From NCBI GenBank assembly GCA_040223695.1, contig JAVKFU010000012.1, positions 41 to 64,040 of the forward strand: 64,000 nt of DNA, given 5' to 3'. Position numbers and translations under genes: made by a program. This document shows, piece by piece, positions 29,164 to 38,879 of this stretch. The notes beneath the pieces are model-generated. The model saw nothing but the letters and a program-made list of their open reading frames with translations. It was not told the origin of the DNA and made no database searches. This DNA comes from Deltaproteobacteria bacterium. Lineage in GTDB: Bacteria; Desulfobacterota_D; UBA1144; Nemesobacterales; UBA2774. Numbering within the stretch: position 1 is the first letter of the stretch; every line of letters begins with the position of its first letter.

Positions 29164-29444
29164 AATTCGCCCTAAAAACTAACACGAAAAGATTTGACGG
29201 TCAAGAAGGCCGTCCCGAAAGTCTCCGCGCTCTTTTAGGACGCCGAGCGCGACTGGAAAACGCTTCCCCGCTTACCTGGCATTTAAATCAGTAAAAATAG
29301 AAAATACAGAGATAGAAGCAATCCTGTACATAACGTTTACACAGAGATTAATTTGTAAGCTATTGCGGAAAGTAATAAGTGTTACAATGAGTTTTACTCT
29401 GTCAATAGGGGCATCGCGCATATTGCGTTTGCGAACAACACCCC

Positions 29445-29472
29445 TTGACAAGATTCTCTCACCACTTATAGT
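29445..29472 (+). promoter_or_regulatory. Near-consensus sigma-70 promoter (TTGACA-16-TATAGT) in the rpmH / lytic-transglycosylase intergenic region
   Basis: TTGACA at 29445-29450 and TATAGT at 29467-29472. The only ORF downstream on this strand is a GTG-start 60-aa ORF with no RBS. Confidence 0.4.
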
Positions 29473-29772
29473 ATTACCCGAAGAGCTCAAAATCAATAGA
29501 TATTTGGAAGTATTACGGGAATAATTAAAGTGGGTGGAAAAAAACAACTTTTAGAATATACTGTAAACGATCATACCGACGAACCGGCGAAAATCGTAAA
29601 ACTTGTAAAAGAAAATTACATATCTGATTTTGAGCGGTTCAAATCGGTAAATAAGAATAGTTATAACTTCAAGAGGTCGGATAACACCCCCAAGTCTAAA
29701 GAACATAAATAAACTAATCTAATATCCTCAGCCGAGCTTAGTTTCCCCATACATTCGAATGGAGTAACGAAT

Positions 29773-30525
29773 ATGATCAAAACAGCTTATGATTTTGTTA
29801 TGCTTACCCTCCTGGGTTTTGTTAAATTGTCTCTCTTTTCCTTGTTCTTTTTTTTCTCGATCTTTTTCTTTGTTAAATCAAAAAATCCTGTAATGGAAGA
29901 AAAACCCGCTTATGCAGGGCTACTCGCCGAGCCTCATAGACCGGAACATTCCAATTCTCTTAAACCGCATGAAGTGATAATCGCGGAGAATAACGAAGCG
30001 GATGAAGCGGATATAGAGGATATGACACCTGAAGAAGCCGAGGTATTTTTATTCATACTCAGGTTTTCAGATAAAATTACATCGGCCAACGCCAGAAAGC
30101 TCTCTAAACTGATCGTCGAGGAATGTGATAATTACAAGGATCTCGACCCCTATCTCATACTTGCGGTCATACAAGTCGAGAGCGAATTCGCGCCCCGCGC
30201 CGTATCAAACCGAGGGGCTATCGGACTCATGCAGGTAATGCCGACAACAGGAGAATACGTAGCAAAGGAGAACGGGATTTCGTATAACGGGAGGAAATCA
30301 TTATACGACCCGCTGGTAAATGTAAAACTGGGCATACGGTACCTGTCTTTCCTTGCGGAACGCTACGACAATACCGAGAACGCGCTTGCGGCCTACAATT
30401 ACGGTCCGTCAAATTTCGAGAAGGCGCTCAGCGCCAACAGGAAAACGTTCGGATATGTGAAAAAGGTGCTCAGCTTTAAAAATTACCTTGAGAAAGAAAG
30501 CATATTGCTTGCCAAGAATAGTTAA
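29773..30525 (+). CDS. Lytic transglycosylase (SLT domain) with N-terminal membrane anchor
   Basis: SLT motifs ILAVIQVESEF, GLMQVMPTTG, AYNYGPSN. Confidence 0.85.
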   Translation: MIKTAYDFVMLTLLGFVKLSLFSLFFFFSIFFFVKSKNPVMEEKPAYAGLLAEPHRPEHSNSLKPHEVIIAENNEADEADIEDMTPEEAEVFLFILRFSDKITSANARKLSKLIVEECDNYKDLDPYLILAVIQVESEFAPRAVSNRGAIGLMQVMPTTGEYVAKENGISYNGRKSLYDPLVNVKLGIRYLSFLAERYDNTENALAAYNYGPSNFEKALSANRKTFGYVKKVLSFKNYLEKESILLAKNS

Positions 30526-30596
30526 TTTTGAGTCATACCGAAAACCGCACAGCTTTTCGGAGCGCATCAACACCGATAGTTAGTTATAATTCCAGG

Positions 30597-31472
30597 ATGA
30601 AATTCGGCATTTCTCTTCCAAATTTCGGGAAGTACGCCTCAAGGGAAAATATCCTTAAAACTGCCGTTTTAGCCGAGGACCTGGGATACGATTCACTCTG
30701 GGTGAGCGATCATATCGTAATACCCGATTCCCACGAAGGCTTCGGCCACGTTTTCTTGGACCCCATAACCACGCTCGGTTTCGTTGCCGCGAAAACAAAG
30801 AATATATCCCTCGGCACGAGCGTTTTAATACTTCCCTACAGAAACCCCGTCGTGCTCGCAAAGATGATATCCACTCTTGACACGCTTTCCGGGGGGAGAA
30901 TCATAGTGGGGGCGGGAACAGGCTGGATGAGGGATGAATTCGACGCGCTCGGTATCCCTTTTGAAAAACGCGGCGCTACCACCGATGAGTATATCGAAGT
31001 CCTGAAAGAACTCTGGACAAGGGACAGCCCCGTCTATAAGGGGAACTATATTTCGTTCTCGGATATAAAATTTTTACCCAAACCGCTCCAGGAGCCGCAC
31101 CCGCCGATCTGGATAGGGGGCGGGAGCGAGAGGGCGATTGAGCGTGCAGCGAGGTACGGGGACGGATGGCAGCCTGTGGGACTCACACCCGAAGGGATCA
31201 AGGAAAAACTTGGGTATTTGAATAAACTCCTCGATGAAGAGAAAAAAGATAATTTCGTTGTATCTCTCAGAAGAAACCTCGAAATTAACGAGGATAAGCG
31301 ATTTCCGGAAGAAGAGACTCTCAGGGGAGGGCCCGAGAAAATAATCACCGGAATAAGGGACTATATCGAAGCCAGTGTATCACACTTTATACTTCATATA
31401 CTGAGCGGCGACTTCAAGGACGTCTTAAAAACAATGGAGACTTTCTCAACAAAGATAAGGCCCGCCATTTAA
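30597..31472 (+). CDS. LLM-class flavin/F420-dependent oxidoreductase (luciferase-like monooxygenase family)
   Basis: MKFGISLPNFGKY...AEDLGYDSLWVSDHI and GGRIIVGAGTGW motifs. The ORF may extend upstream to 30528. Confidence 0.8.
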   Translation: MKFGISLPNFGKYASRENILKTAVLAEDLGYDSLWVSDHIVIPDSHEGFGHVFLDPITTLGFVAAKTKNISLGTSVLILPYRNPVVLAKMISTLDTLSGGRIIVGAGTGWMRDEFDALGIPFEKRGATTDEYIEVLKELWTRDSPVYKGNYISFSDIKFLPKPLQEPHPPIWIGGGSERAIERAARYGDGWQPVGLTPEGIKEKLGYLNKLLDEEKKDNFVVSLRRNLEINEDKRFPEEETLRGGPEKIITGIRDYIEASVSHFILHILSGDFKDVLKTMETFSTKIRPAI

Positions 31473-31690
31473 AACCGCTAAGCCCGTAATATTATACTCG
31501 CCACAAAAACCGATCCCCTTCTAAAGATTCCAGTATACTAAAAGAGGAGCCGGGGCTGCACTTAAGTCATTAAGTAGCTTCCGGGGACAATATGTCGCAT
31601 ATACGACGTTGACACAGGCTCAATGTTCATGGGATAATGGCATTACTAAAGTTGATAGATACACAATAGCTTTGCGGGGAGGTACACAAG

Positions 31691-32743
31691 TTGGAAAATG
31701 AAACCGGAAAATTTACGGCAGCAGCCGTACAGACAGCCCCCGTTTTCCTAAACAAGGCAGAGACAGTCGGGAAGATTGTAAGCCTGATCGAGGAGGCGGC
31801 CGCTGGAGGCGCGAGCCTGATCGTATTTCCCGAAGCCATCATCCCCGCATACCCGTACTGGCCCAAGGATCTGGGCTCAATAGAGGGAAGGAAGCTCGTT
31901 CTGGACGCTTACACCGAGCTTTACAAGAACTCTGTCGAGATACCGGATGAAGACACCGACAAACTCTGTAGGGCAGCGGCAAAGGCGGGCGCTTATGTAG
32001 TGCTGGGTGTAAACGAAAGGGAAGGCGGAACTCTGTATAATACGATACTCTATATAGACAAGAACGGCACCATGCTGGGAAAGCACAGGAAGCTCATGTC
32101 GATAGACAGCGAGAAGTGCATCTGGGGAATGGGGGGCGAAGAAGATTTGAATGTCTTCGATACCGAAGTAGGTAAAATAGGCGGGTTCTTCTGCTACGAG
32201 CACCACATGACTCTCGCGAAATACGCGATGTACCAAAAGGGGGAGCAGATACACGCCGGTCTCTGGGCCGGGCACGGCTTCGTTAAGCCGACGATGGATT
32301 TCGCGAGCCGCCAGTACGCCTTTGAAGGACAGGTGTTTGTCATCGCTTCTTCAGGTCACATCACGGATAAAATGATTCCCGACAGCTTCCCTCTCAAGAA
32401 GCAGACGCTCTGGGATTACCCCGGCGGAAGCGGGATCATAAATCCGAGAGGGGATTACCTCGCCGGACCCGTATACGGAAAAGAGGAAATAATCTACGCA
32501 GATATAGACAGGGATATGATCATCCGGGCAAAGGCCGTCATCGACGGCGCCGGGCATTTCTCGAGACCGGATATTCTGAGGCTGGACATAGGTGGTTATA
32601 AAAACGGAAAGGATCAATATACAGACTCTGAACACGAGATACAGGGCCTCAGAAACAAGGTGGAGGAGCTGTCGGCCCGACAGCGGGAGCTTCATGAAAA
32701 ACTGGACAGCATTGCCGCAAAATTATCCGGCCGGGAAAAATAA
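31691..32743 (+). CDS. Nitrilase / carbon-nitrogen hydrolase superfamily protein, second copy, with coiled-coil C-terminal tail
   Basis: CN-hydrolase residues in context: VFPEAI (Glu), HRKLMS (Lys), GGFFCYEHHM (Cys). TTG start with GGGAGG RBS 8 nt upstream. Confidence 0.8.
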   Translation: MENETGKFTAAAVQTAPVFLNKAETVGKIVSLIEEAAAGGASLIVFPEAIIPAYPYWPKDLGSIEGRKLVLDAYTELYKNSVEIPDEDTDKLCRAAAKAGAYVVLGVNEREGGTLYNTILYIDKNGTMLGKHRKLMSIDSEKCIWGMGGEEDLNVFDTEVGKIGGFFCYEHHMTLAKYAMYQKGEQIHAGLWAGHGFVKPTMDFASRQYAFEGQVFVIASSGHITDKMIPDSFPLKKQTLWDYPGGSGIINPRGDYLAGPVYGKEEIIYADIDRDMIIRAKAVIDGAGHFSRPDILRLDIGGYKNGKDQYTDSEHEIQGLRNKVEELSARQRELHEKLDSIAAKLSGREK

Positions 32744-32899
32744 AACAAACAATCTGCGACGCCGATTTCTTTACCCGCCCCGATTGGCGATAAATTATAT
32801 GCCAACAACGTGTTCATGCCCAAAGCCCGGAAGAAAATGACTGCTGTCACTTACTTAATTCGAGTTATTAAAATGCTATTCTAAACGGGGCAAACAAAC

Positions 32900-34441
32900 T
32901 CATCCGCTCTTGTTCTCGATAGATTGAATTACATTCTGCTTGAGATTCCAGAGCTTCTCCGAGAGTGAGACATGATAAATATGCGGATTCACTAAACGCC
33001 TTACACCCGGGTCGAGATGTTCCGTATCATACTCTCTCTTCTTCCTGAGCTCCTCAATCGATGGGAAATCATAAACTATCTTTCCTCGATCCCTGACCTT
33101 CACCAGGAGGGGCTCTGTCTTGCTGACTTCGTCTCTTCCCATTACTCTCTGTTTTGTATGGTCTGAGGGATGCCGCATCTGGATAAGGTTCATCCCTTTC
33201 GGGTCTTCTCCGTCGATCGCAAGAAGATCGGCTGTGGCATTCCCCCTTTTATCGTAAATACGCCACGGCTTTTTATTGCCGGGATTCAGGGTTTTCTGCG
33301 GAGTCTCGGACAGCTTTATCGCGGGCACCCATCCCCCGCTTTCCATAACCGCCACGAGTTTATAAACACCGTCCAGCGCTGAATCACCTTTAGATGTTAT
33401 AAGCCTTGTTCCCACTCCATATACGAGCCTCTTGATCAAGCGGTCCGGATCGACTCCGTAGCGGGGCGCTTCGTCTTCAATCTGGGTTATTATCTGCCAG
33501 ATAACAAGCTCGTCGAGCTGATTCGAAAGCACTATTTTGGCGTCGGAAAAACCTGCGTCATCGAGCATCCTCGCAGACTGAATGGAGAGAAACGCGAGAT
33601 CACCCGAATCGAGCCTGATTCCGAGCGGTTTATGGCCCTTTCTTCTTAATTCCTCGAAAACCTTTATAGCATTCGGGACGCCGCTCTCCAGAGTGTTAAC
33701 CGTATCTACAAGGAGAACGCAGTCATCAGGATACACATCTGCATACGCCCTGAAAGCCCCGAGCTCCCCTTCGCCTAGAGCCATAAATACCTGAACCATG
33801 CTATGGGCGTGGGTTCCCTTGGGACGGAAGCCTAAAATGTGCGAAATCCCCACGTTCGACGAAAAATCCGCCCCGCCTACGAGCGCGGCCCTGACTCCGG
33901 CATTGACCCCTTTATCATGTCCACGGCGCATCCCGAATTCCAGAATGGGCTGTCCGCGCGCCGCTTCTTTTATACGAGCCGCCTTCGTGGCTATCAATAT
34001 CTGATAATTAATCTTATTCAGGAGGGGGGATTCCAGAATCTGCGACATCGCCAGAGGGCCCTGTATTACCGTCACCGGAACGTTGGGATGAACAACCCTT
34101 CCTTCGGGGATCGAATACATGGTAATGTCTCCGAAAGTGCCGTTTTTCCTTAACCAATCGAGAAAATCGTCTCTGAAAATCCTGGATCCGGCCTGGCCGC
34201 TTTGTTCTCTCAAATAGCCGATTTCCTCATCGCCGAACCGGGTATTTTCCATCCACTCCGTAAGTGATTCCAAACCCGCGTTTATACAGTACCCTGCTTT
34301 ATGCGAGCCGTAATCCGGGTAATGCCTGAAAAAATGATCGAACTGTGCATGATTTTCATGCAGCCCGAAGCTGTAATAAAGCTGGGCCATGGTTAGCTGG
34401 TATTGATCTGTAAAGAGAGCGCCTTCCGATATGTTATCCAT
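32900..34441 (-). CDS. pncB: Nicotinate phosphoribosyltransferase
   Basis: [16 protein letters not shown]-terminus and overall NAPRTase architecture at 513 aa. Confidence 0.85.
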   Translation of the reverse strand: MDNISEGALFTDQYQLTMAQLYYSFGLHENHAQFDHFFRHYPDYGSHKAGYCINAGLESLTEWMENTRFGDEEIGYLREQSGQAGSRIFRDDFLDWLRKNGTFGDITMYSIPEGRVVHPNVPVTVIQGPLAMSQILESPLLNKINYQILIATKAARIKEAARGQPILEFGMRRGHDKGVNAGVRAALVGGADFSSNVGISHILGFRPKGTHAHSMVQVFMALGEGELGAFRAYADVYPDDCVLLVDTVNTLESGVPNAIKVFEELRRKGHKPLGIRLDSGDLAFLSIQSARMLDDAGFSDAKIVLSNQLDELVIWQIITQIEDEAPRYGVDPDRLIKRLVYGVGTRLITSKGDSALDGVYKLVAVMESGGWVPAIKLSETPQKTLNPGNKKPWRIYDKRGNATADLLAIDGEDPKGMNLIQMRHPSDHTKQRVMGRDEVSKTEPLLVKVRDRGKIVYDFPSIEELRKKREYDTEHLDPGVRRLVNPHIYHVSLSEKLWNLKQNVIQSIENKSG

Positions 34442-34666
34442 TTTATATTATCGGTTTTATCAAGATCTGAATTTCACATAGAGAAACCGGGAGATATTTA
34501 CTATATACTTGTTATTATATCTCTATTTTATATACAAAGGAATTGTTGCCGGAGATTCGACAATTATCAATTATATGAAATTACGAGCAGCATTGAGAGA
34601 TAATAATTAATAAAAAAACTAGGAGCATAATAATACCACCTTTTAAAAGTCGGAAGATTATTTGTG

Positions 34667-34701
34667 TTGACAAAATATGAAACAGATTGTAAAATTTTGT
34701 C
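34667..34701 (+). promoter_or_regulatory. Consensus-like sigma-70 promoter (TTGACA-17-TAAAAT) embedded in a 9-bp inverted repeat (TGACAAAAT / ATTTTGTCA)
   Basis: TTGACA at 34667-34672 and TAAAAT at 34690-34695. The inverted repeat arms at 34668-34676 and 34693-34701 overlap the -35 and -10 elements. An ATG around 34675 lies inside the spacer, not downstream of the -10. Confidence 0.4.
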
Positions 34702-34951
34702 AGTATAGACAATTATGGGTATTTGTTTTGAAATATAGTCATTCTCAGAACAAAAGGTTAAATCAACTCCAACGGACCCGCGCGCACCAAAAGGTCTCAA
34801 CCACAATTTGAAAGATCTCTTTCGACCTATGGCAAGAAAAGGAAAATTGCAATAAGCACAGCAAGTTGCAGACATTCAGGTTGTTAATTATCACTCCTTC
34901 GGCTTAGAGCCAAGTCTCCGGGACTCAGCACAAGGAGAAGGTTAAGACAAG

Positions 34952-35446
34952 ATGGAAACCATCGGTAAGATTTTGAGCATAACCCTCTTAACCATTTTCG
35001 GATCGGCCGCAGCTACTGTATATGTAGTCGACTCGAGCTACTTTAAGTCGTTTCTCGGAACCTCCACAGTCACGTATACATCGGACGAGGTTATTTACAG
35101 CGGCGCTCAGGATTTCAGTGATTCCAGAGAATACAGAGAGAAGCAGGAAAAGAAATATGTAGCGGTGGAAAAAAACAGTGACAGCGCTTCCTACAATCCT
35201 GAAAAAAACACTATATGGGGACAAAAATACAGCGCGGGCCCCAATGATATGGAATACGAAAACCGGAGAGCATCCAGCCTGGCCCGGAATAACTCGCTCG
35301 AATCGCTGAGGGAGAATATGGAATACTGGAGCGCGCAGTATAAACGGGCTGCGGAAGCCGGAGAATCACGGAGCGCTAATCTCGCCTATAAAAACTATGA
35401 AGACTATAGGGAAGCACTTGAGATTAGGCAATCGAAGGGCGACTAA
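34952..35446 (+). CDS. Hypothetical secreted protein (164 aa)
   Basis: Signal peptide or TM at the N-terminus, a charged Y/E/K-rich body, and a GGAGAAGG RBS upstream. Confidence 0.5.
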   Translation: METIGKILSITLLTIFGSAAATVYVVDSSYFKSFLGTSTVTYTSDEVIYSGAQDFSDSREYREKQEKKYVAVEKNSDSASYNPEKNTIWGQKYSAGPNDMEYENRRASSLARNNSLESLRENMEYWSAQYKRAAEAGESRSANLAYKNYEDYREALEIRQSKGD

Positions 35447-35534
35447 CATAAGCCGTGCATACCGCCGCCGTCCATATACCTATCAGGTAATTTGTTTTTC
35501 TTAACCCTACGGCAGGCTGCGTCTTTTTGTTCCT

Positions 35535-36314
35535 TTACAGTATAAGAAAGAGCTTTGTCAGAAGGAAGTCCCCGATAATAATAAGCAGAAGTGATACTAC
35601 TACCGTGGCGGTAGTAGCTCGTCCTACGCCTTGTGTTCCGCCTTCCGCCTTCATCCCTATAAAACATCCGGTAATGGCGACTATTATTCCGAAGAAAAAG
35701 GTTTTCGATATTCCGCTCACAAAGTCATCGATTGTAACCCATTCGAGAATGCTTGAAACGAAGAGCCTGGGCTTAACGTCGAGGTCTATGTTCGACATGA
35801 TCATGGCGCCTAAAATGCCCGTGAAATCGGCGATGATAGCAAGGAACGGGAAAGAAATTATCGCCGCCACAAGCCTAGGCACAACCAGCTTTCTTATGGG
35901 GTCCGCACCAAGTGTCCTGATTGCATCTATCTGCTCGGTTACCTTCATTGACCCTATTTCGGCGGTAATACCCGAACCTACCCTTCCTCCGACCAGCAGC
36001 GAGGTTACAACAGGCCCCAGCTCCCGGACAAAGGACAGCGATACAACAGGCCCCACAACCCCCTTGGCACCGAACCACGCGAATCCCCAGGCGAGCTGAA
36101 CCACCATAACCATACCAATCGCCATCGCAGAAGCTATTACTATCGGAACCGACTTAAAGCCTATTTCATCTATCTGCTCAAGCACGAGACGGAAGTTAAA
36201 GGGCCGCGTGACGGAGGCGAATATCGTCCTGTAGAAAAATATTCCTACCTCTCCCAGCTGCTCAATTAACGAAATGCAGTATGATCCGAGCCTGGCGATA
36301 TAGTTTGCTAACAT
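35535..36314 (-). CDS. mlaE: ABC transporter permease MlaE (phospholipid/Ttg2B family)
   Basis: 259 aa with MlaE-typical conservation (EQIDAIRTLGADPIRKLVVPRLVAAII). Confidence 0.85.
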   Translation of the reverse strand: MLANYIARLGSYCISLIEQLGEVGIFFYRTIFASVTRPFNFRLVLEQIDEIGFKSVPIVIASAMAIGMVMVVQLAWGFAWFGAKGVVGPVVSLSFVRELGPVVTSLLVGGRVGSGITAEIGSMKVTEQIDAIRTLGADPIRKLVVPRLVAAIISFPFLAIIADFTGILGAMIMSNIDLDVKPRLFVSSILEWVTIDDFVSGISKTFFFGIIVAITGCFIGMKAEGGTQGVGRATTATVVVSLLLIIIGDFLLTKLFLIL

Positions 36315-36316
36315 TG

Positions 36317-36859
36317 CTAGAGAACCCTGAATTGAGATATAAATTCTTCAAACACAGCTTCACCGTCGTCAAAACTATCAGGGGGAGAAGCGTATGTAAA
36401 ATCATATATGCATTCACCCTTTCGAAACACGACCGTTTCTATCTTTACGGGCGCACCGTTTATGCTTCCGGTATATATGCTGCTAAGCGCTTTTTGTCCG
36501 TCAACCGAAGTCTCTTCTCTTTTTACAGCTTTTTTATCCTTAATACCTATCAGCAGCGATTCGGAAAGGGCTTTCAGGCTGTAGTTTTTCTTTTTCGGAT
36601 CACAGGTAGAATTAACGGTAATAGTCGAATCGCTCAACAAGCTGTTATAGGCCAGATCCCCTCCCTCGATGTCGAGTCTTTTCCAATCCCCCGGTAGGGC
36701 GCCGATCCTGTAGGTGGTGTCATCGGAGGTGTAGACAAGCCCGTCAAGTTTTCCGTCGTTCCCGGAATCGGCGGATCTATAATACCCGATAAACTTGACG
36801 ACCGAACAGGAATTCAAAAATATAACCGATAAGCAGATAATTATTATTCTTTTTGTCAT
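36317..36859 (-). CDS. Hypothetical lipoprotein
   Basis: Lipobox FLNSC after a signal peptide. Immediately upstream of mlaE with a 2-nt gap. Not an MCE/MlaD domain by eye. Confidence 0.55.
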   Translation of the reverse strand: MTKRIIIICLSVIFLNSCSVVKFIGYYRSADSGNDGKLDGLVYTSDDTTYRIGALPGDWKRLDIEGGDLAYNSLLSDSTITVNSTCDPKKKNYSLKALSESLLIGIKDKKAVKREETSVDGQKALSSIYTGSINGAPVKIETVVFRKGECIYDFTYASPPDSFDDGEAVFEEFISQFRVL

Positions 36860-37015
36860 GCGATGATTAATCTTGATTTAGATTTAAATCCAAAACACCT
36901 GAACGTGGCGATCCTGTTGCTTATGAGCTGACGGGATTTGAATAATACTTGAATCTCTACAAAAACCAAGCATATTAAATCCTTAAGCATTATCATCACT
37001 CAACAGGAGCAAAGA

Positions 37016-37282
37016 TTGTCCAGGGTAACTATATATACAAATATCTACTGTGTATATTGCAATGCCGCAAAAGCGCTTCTCGGCAAGAAGGGTCTCGAGT
37101 ACAGGGAGGTTGATTTAAGCTCAGAGCCCGACCTGAGACTGAGACTGGTGGAGAAATACAGGTGGAGGACGATTCCCCTAATACTGATAGGCGATAAAGT
37201 GATAGGCGGATTCGCCGAGCTGTACGAACTCGAGAACACCGGTGAGCTTGACCGGCTCCTGGAAAACGAGCTGCTTGATTAG
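37016..37282 (+). CDS. Glutaredoxin family protein (CVYC active site)
   Basis: 88 aa. TIYTNIYCVYCNAAKALL and TIPLILIGDKVIGGF glutaredoxin motifs. Confidence 0.8.
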   Translation: MSRVTIYTNIYCVYCNAAKALLGKKGLEYREVDLSSEPDLRLRLVEKYRWRTIPLILIGDKVIGGFAELYELENTGELDRLLENELLD

Positions 37283-37347
37283 GAACTGTGTTTTTAACGC
37301 CTCCTGAATTTGACTCACTCACAACTCTAAATTAACATTTTAGCCCC

Positions 37348-38745
37348 ATGACCGTAAGAACCAGATTCGCGCCTAGCCCCACCGGGTCCCTCCACATAGG
37401 AGGGGCCAGGACGGCTATATTTAACTGGCTCTACGCCAGGCACTACGGCGGGAATTTCATTCTTCGTATTGAGGATACGGACCGCTCGCGCTCGACGGAG
37501 GAATCGATCGAGGAAATAATTGACGCCATGAAATGGCTCGGGCTCGATTGGGATGAGGGGCCTTTCAGGCAGTCGGACAGACTGGCGGCTTACGGGGATT
37601 ATGCAGAAAGACTCCTTAACTCGGGGCACGCTTACAAATGCTACGTAACCCCCGAAGAGCTCAATAAAAAAAGAGAAGAGGCTCAGGGGAAAGGAGAGGT
37701 TTTCCGTTATAAACGCCAGTGGGCGGAAAAAAATGCCGCTCCCGGAAAGCCCTTCGCCATCAGGCTGCTAACACCTGATGAGGGAATTATCGAGGTGCGG
37801 GATCTCCTGAGAGGGACCGTTAGATTCGATGCGAGGGAAATAGACGATTTTGTTATCCTGAAAATGGATGGTTTCCCGACATACAATTTCGCAGTTGTGA
37901 CGGACGACGCCGCGATGGGTATTACCCATGTAATCAGAGGAGATGACCACCTGATAAATACACCTCGTCAAACCCTAATATACGAAGCCCTCTCATTGGA
38001 CATACCCCAAATCGCGCATGTTTCGATGATTTTGGGCCCGGACAATAAGAGACTGAGCAAGAGGCACGGCGCGACTTCCGTAGTGGCTTACAGAGAAGAA
38101 GGGTATCTGCCCGAAGCTATCGTGAACTATCTGACGCGCCTCGGATGGTCTCACGGAGACCAGGAGATATTCTCGAGGGATGAGCTGATCGAGAAATTCA
38201 CTCTGGATAACGTCGGAAGATCAGCGGCGGTGTTCAATCCCGAGAAACTGGAGTGGTTAAACGGCTGGTACATCAGAAACAAGCCGGCTGAAGAAATCGC
38301 CCGGCTTCTGGCACCTTTTCTAAAGGAAAAGGGTCTGGATATCGAGGCGGACAAAAAACTGGTAATGATTGTAAAGGAGCTCAGCCAGAGGGCGAAGACA
38401 CTCAGGGATATAGCGAACTCACTCGGCTACTTTTATGCCGAGCAAGTCAATTACGATGAAAAAGCGGCTGATAAATTTTTAAAACCCGAAATACTGGATG
38501 TGCTCAGGGACCTCTGCGAGAAACTCTCCTCGCTCGAAGATTTTACAATCGACGATATGCACGGGGTTTTCGAGCAGGTTATGGAGGAGAGAGATTTAAA
38601 GCTGGGCAAAATCGCCCAGCCCGTAAGGGTCGCGCTCACGGGCGGAACCGTAAGCCCCGGAATTTTTGAAGTTATGAACATAATAGGGAAGGATATGGTA
38701 CTCGAAAGGCTTAACAAAGCCGCTCAATATATCGAAACAAAATAG
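37348..38745 (+). CDS. gltX: Glutamyl-tRNA synthetase
   Basis: RFAPSPTGSLHIGGARTA (HIGH) and KLSKRHG (KMSKS-like) motifs. Confidence 0.95.
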   Translation: MTVRTRFAPSPTGSLHIGGARTAIFNWLYARHYGGNFILRIEDTDRSRSTEESIEEIIDAMKWLGLDWDEGPFRQSDRLAAYGDYAERLLNSGHAYKCYVTPEELNKKREEAQGKGEVFRYKRQWAEKNAAPGKPFAIRLLTPDEGIIEVRDLLRGTVRFDAREIDDFVILKMDGFPTYNFAVVTDDAAMGITHVIRGDDHLINTPRQTLIYEALSLDIPQIAHVSMILGPDNKRLSKRHGATSVVAYREEGYLPEAIVNYLTRLGWSHGDQEIFSRDELIEKFTLDNVGRSAAVFNPEKLEWLNGWYIRNKPAEEIARLLAPFLKEKGLDIEADKKLVMIVKELSQRAKTLRDIANSLGYFYAEQVNYDEKAADKFLKPEILDVLRDLCEKLSSLEDFTIDDMHGVFEQVMEERDLKLGKIAQPVRVALTGGTVSPGIFEVMNIIGKDMVLERLNKAAQYIETK

Positions 38746-38879
38746 TATTAGCATGTACTGTCCCTCAATCTCGACCGTATCCTTTCATTGAGATTCCCTT
38801 AATAAAAATAAATACATACAATCAACCTTGCCTGCGCTGCAAGAAAGCAATTATCAATATCCGTCTGTCTCTCTCAGTA

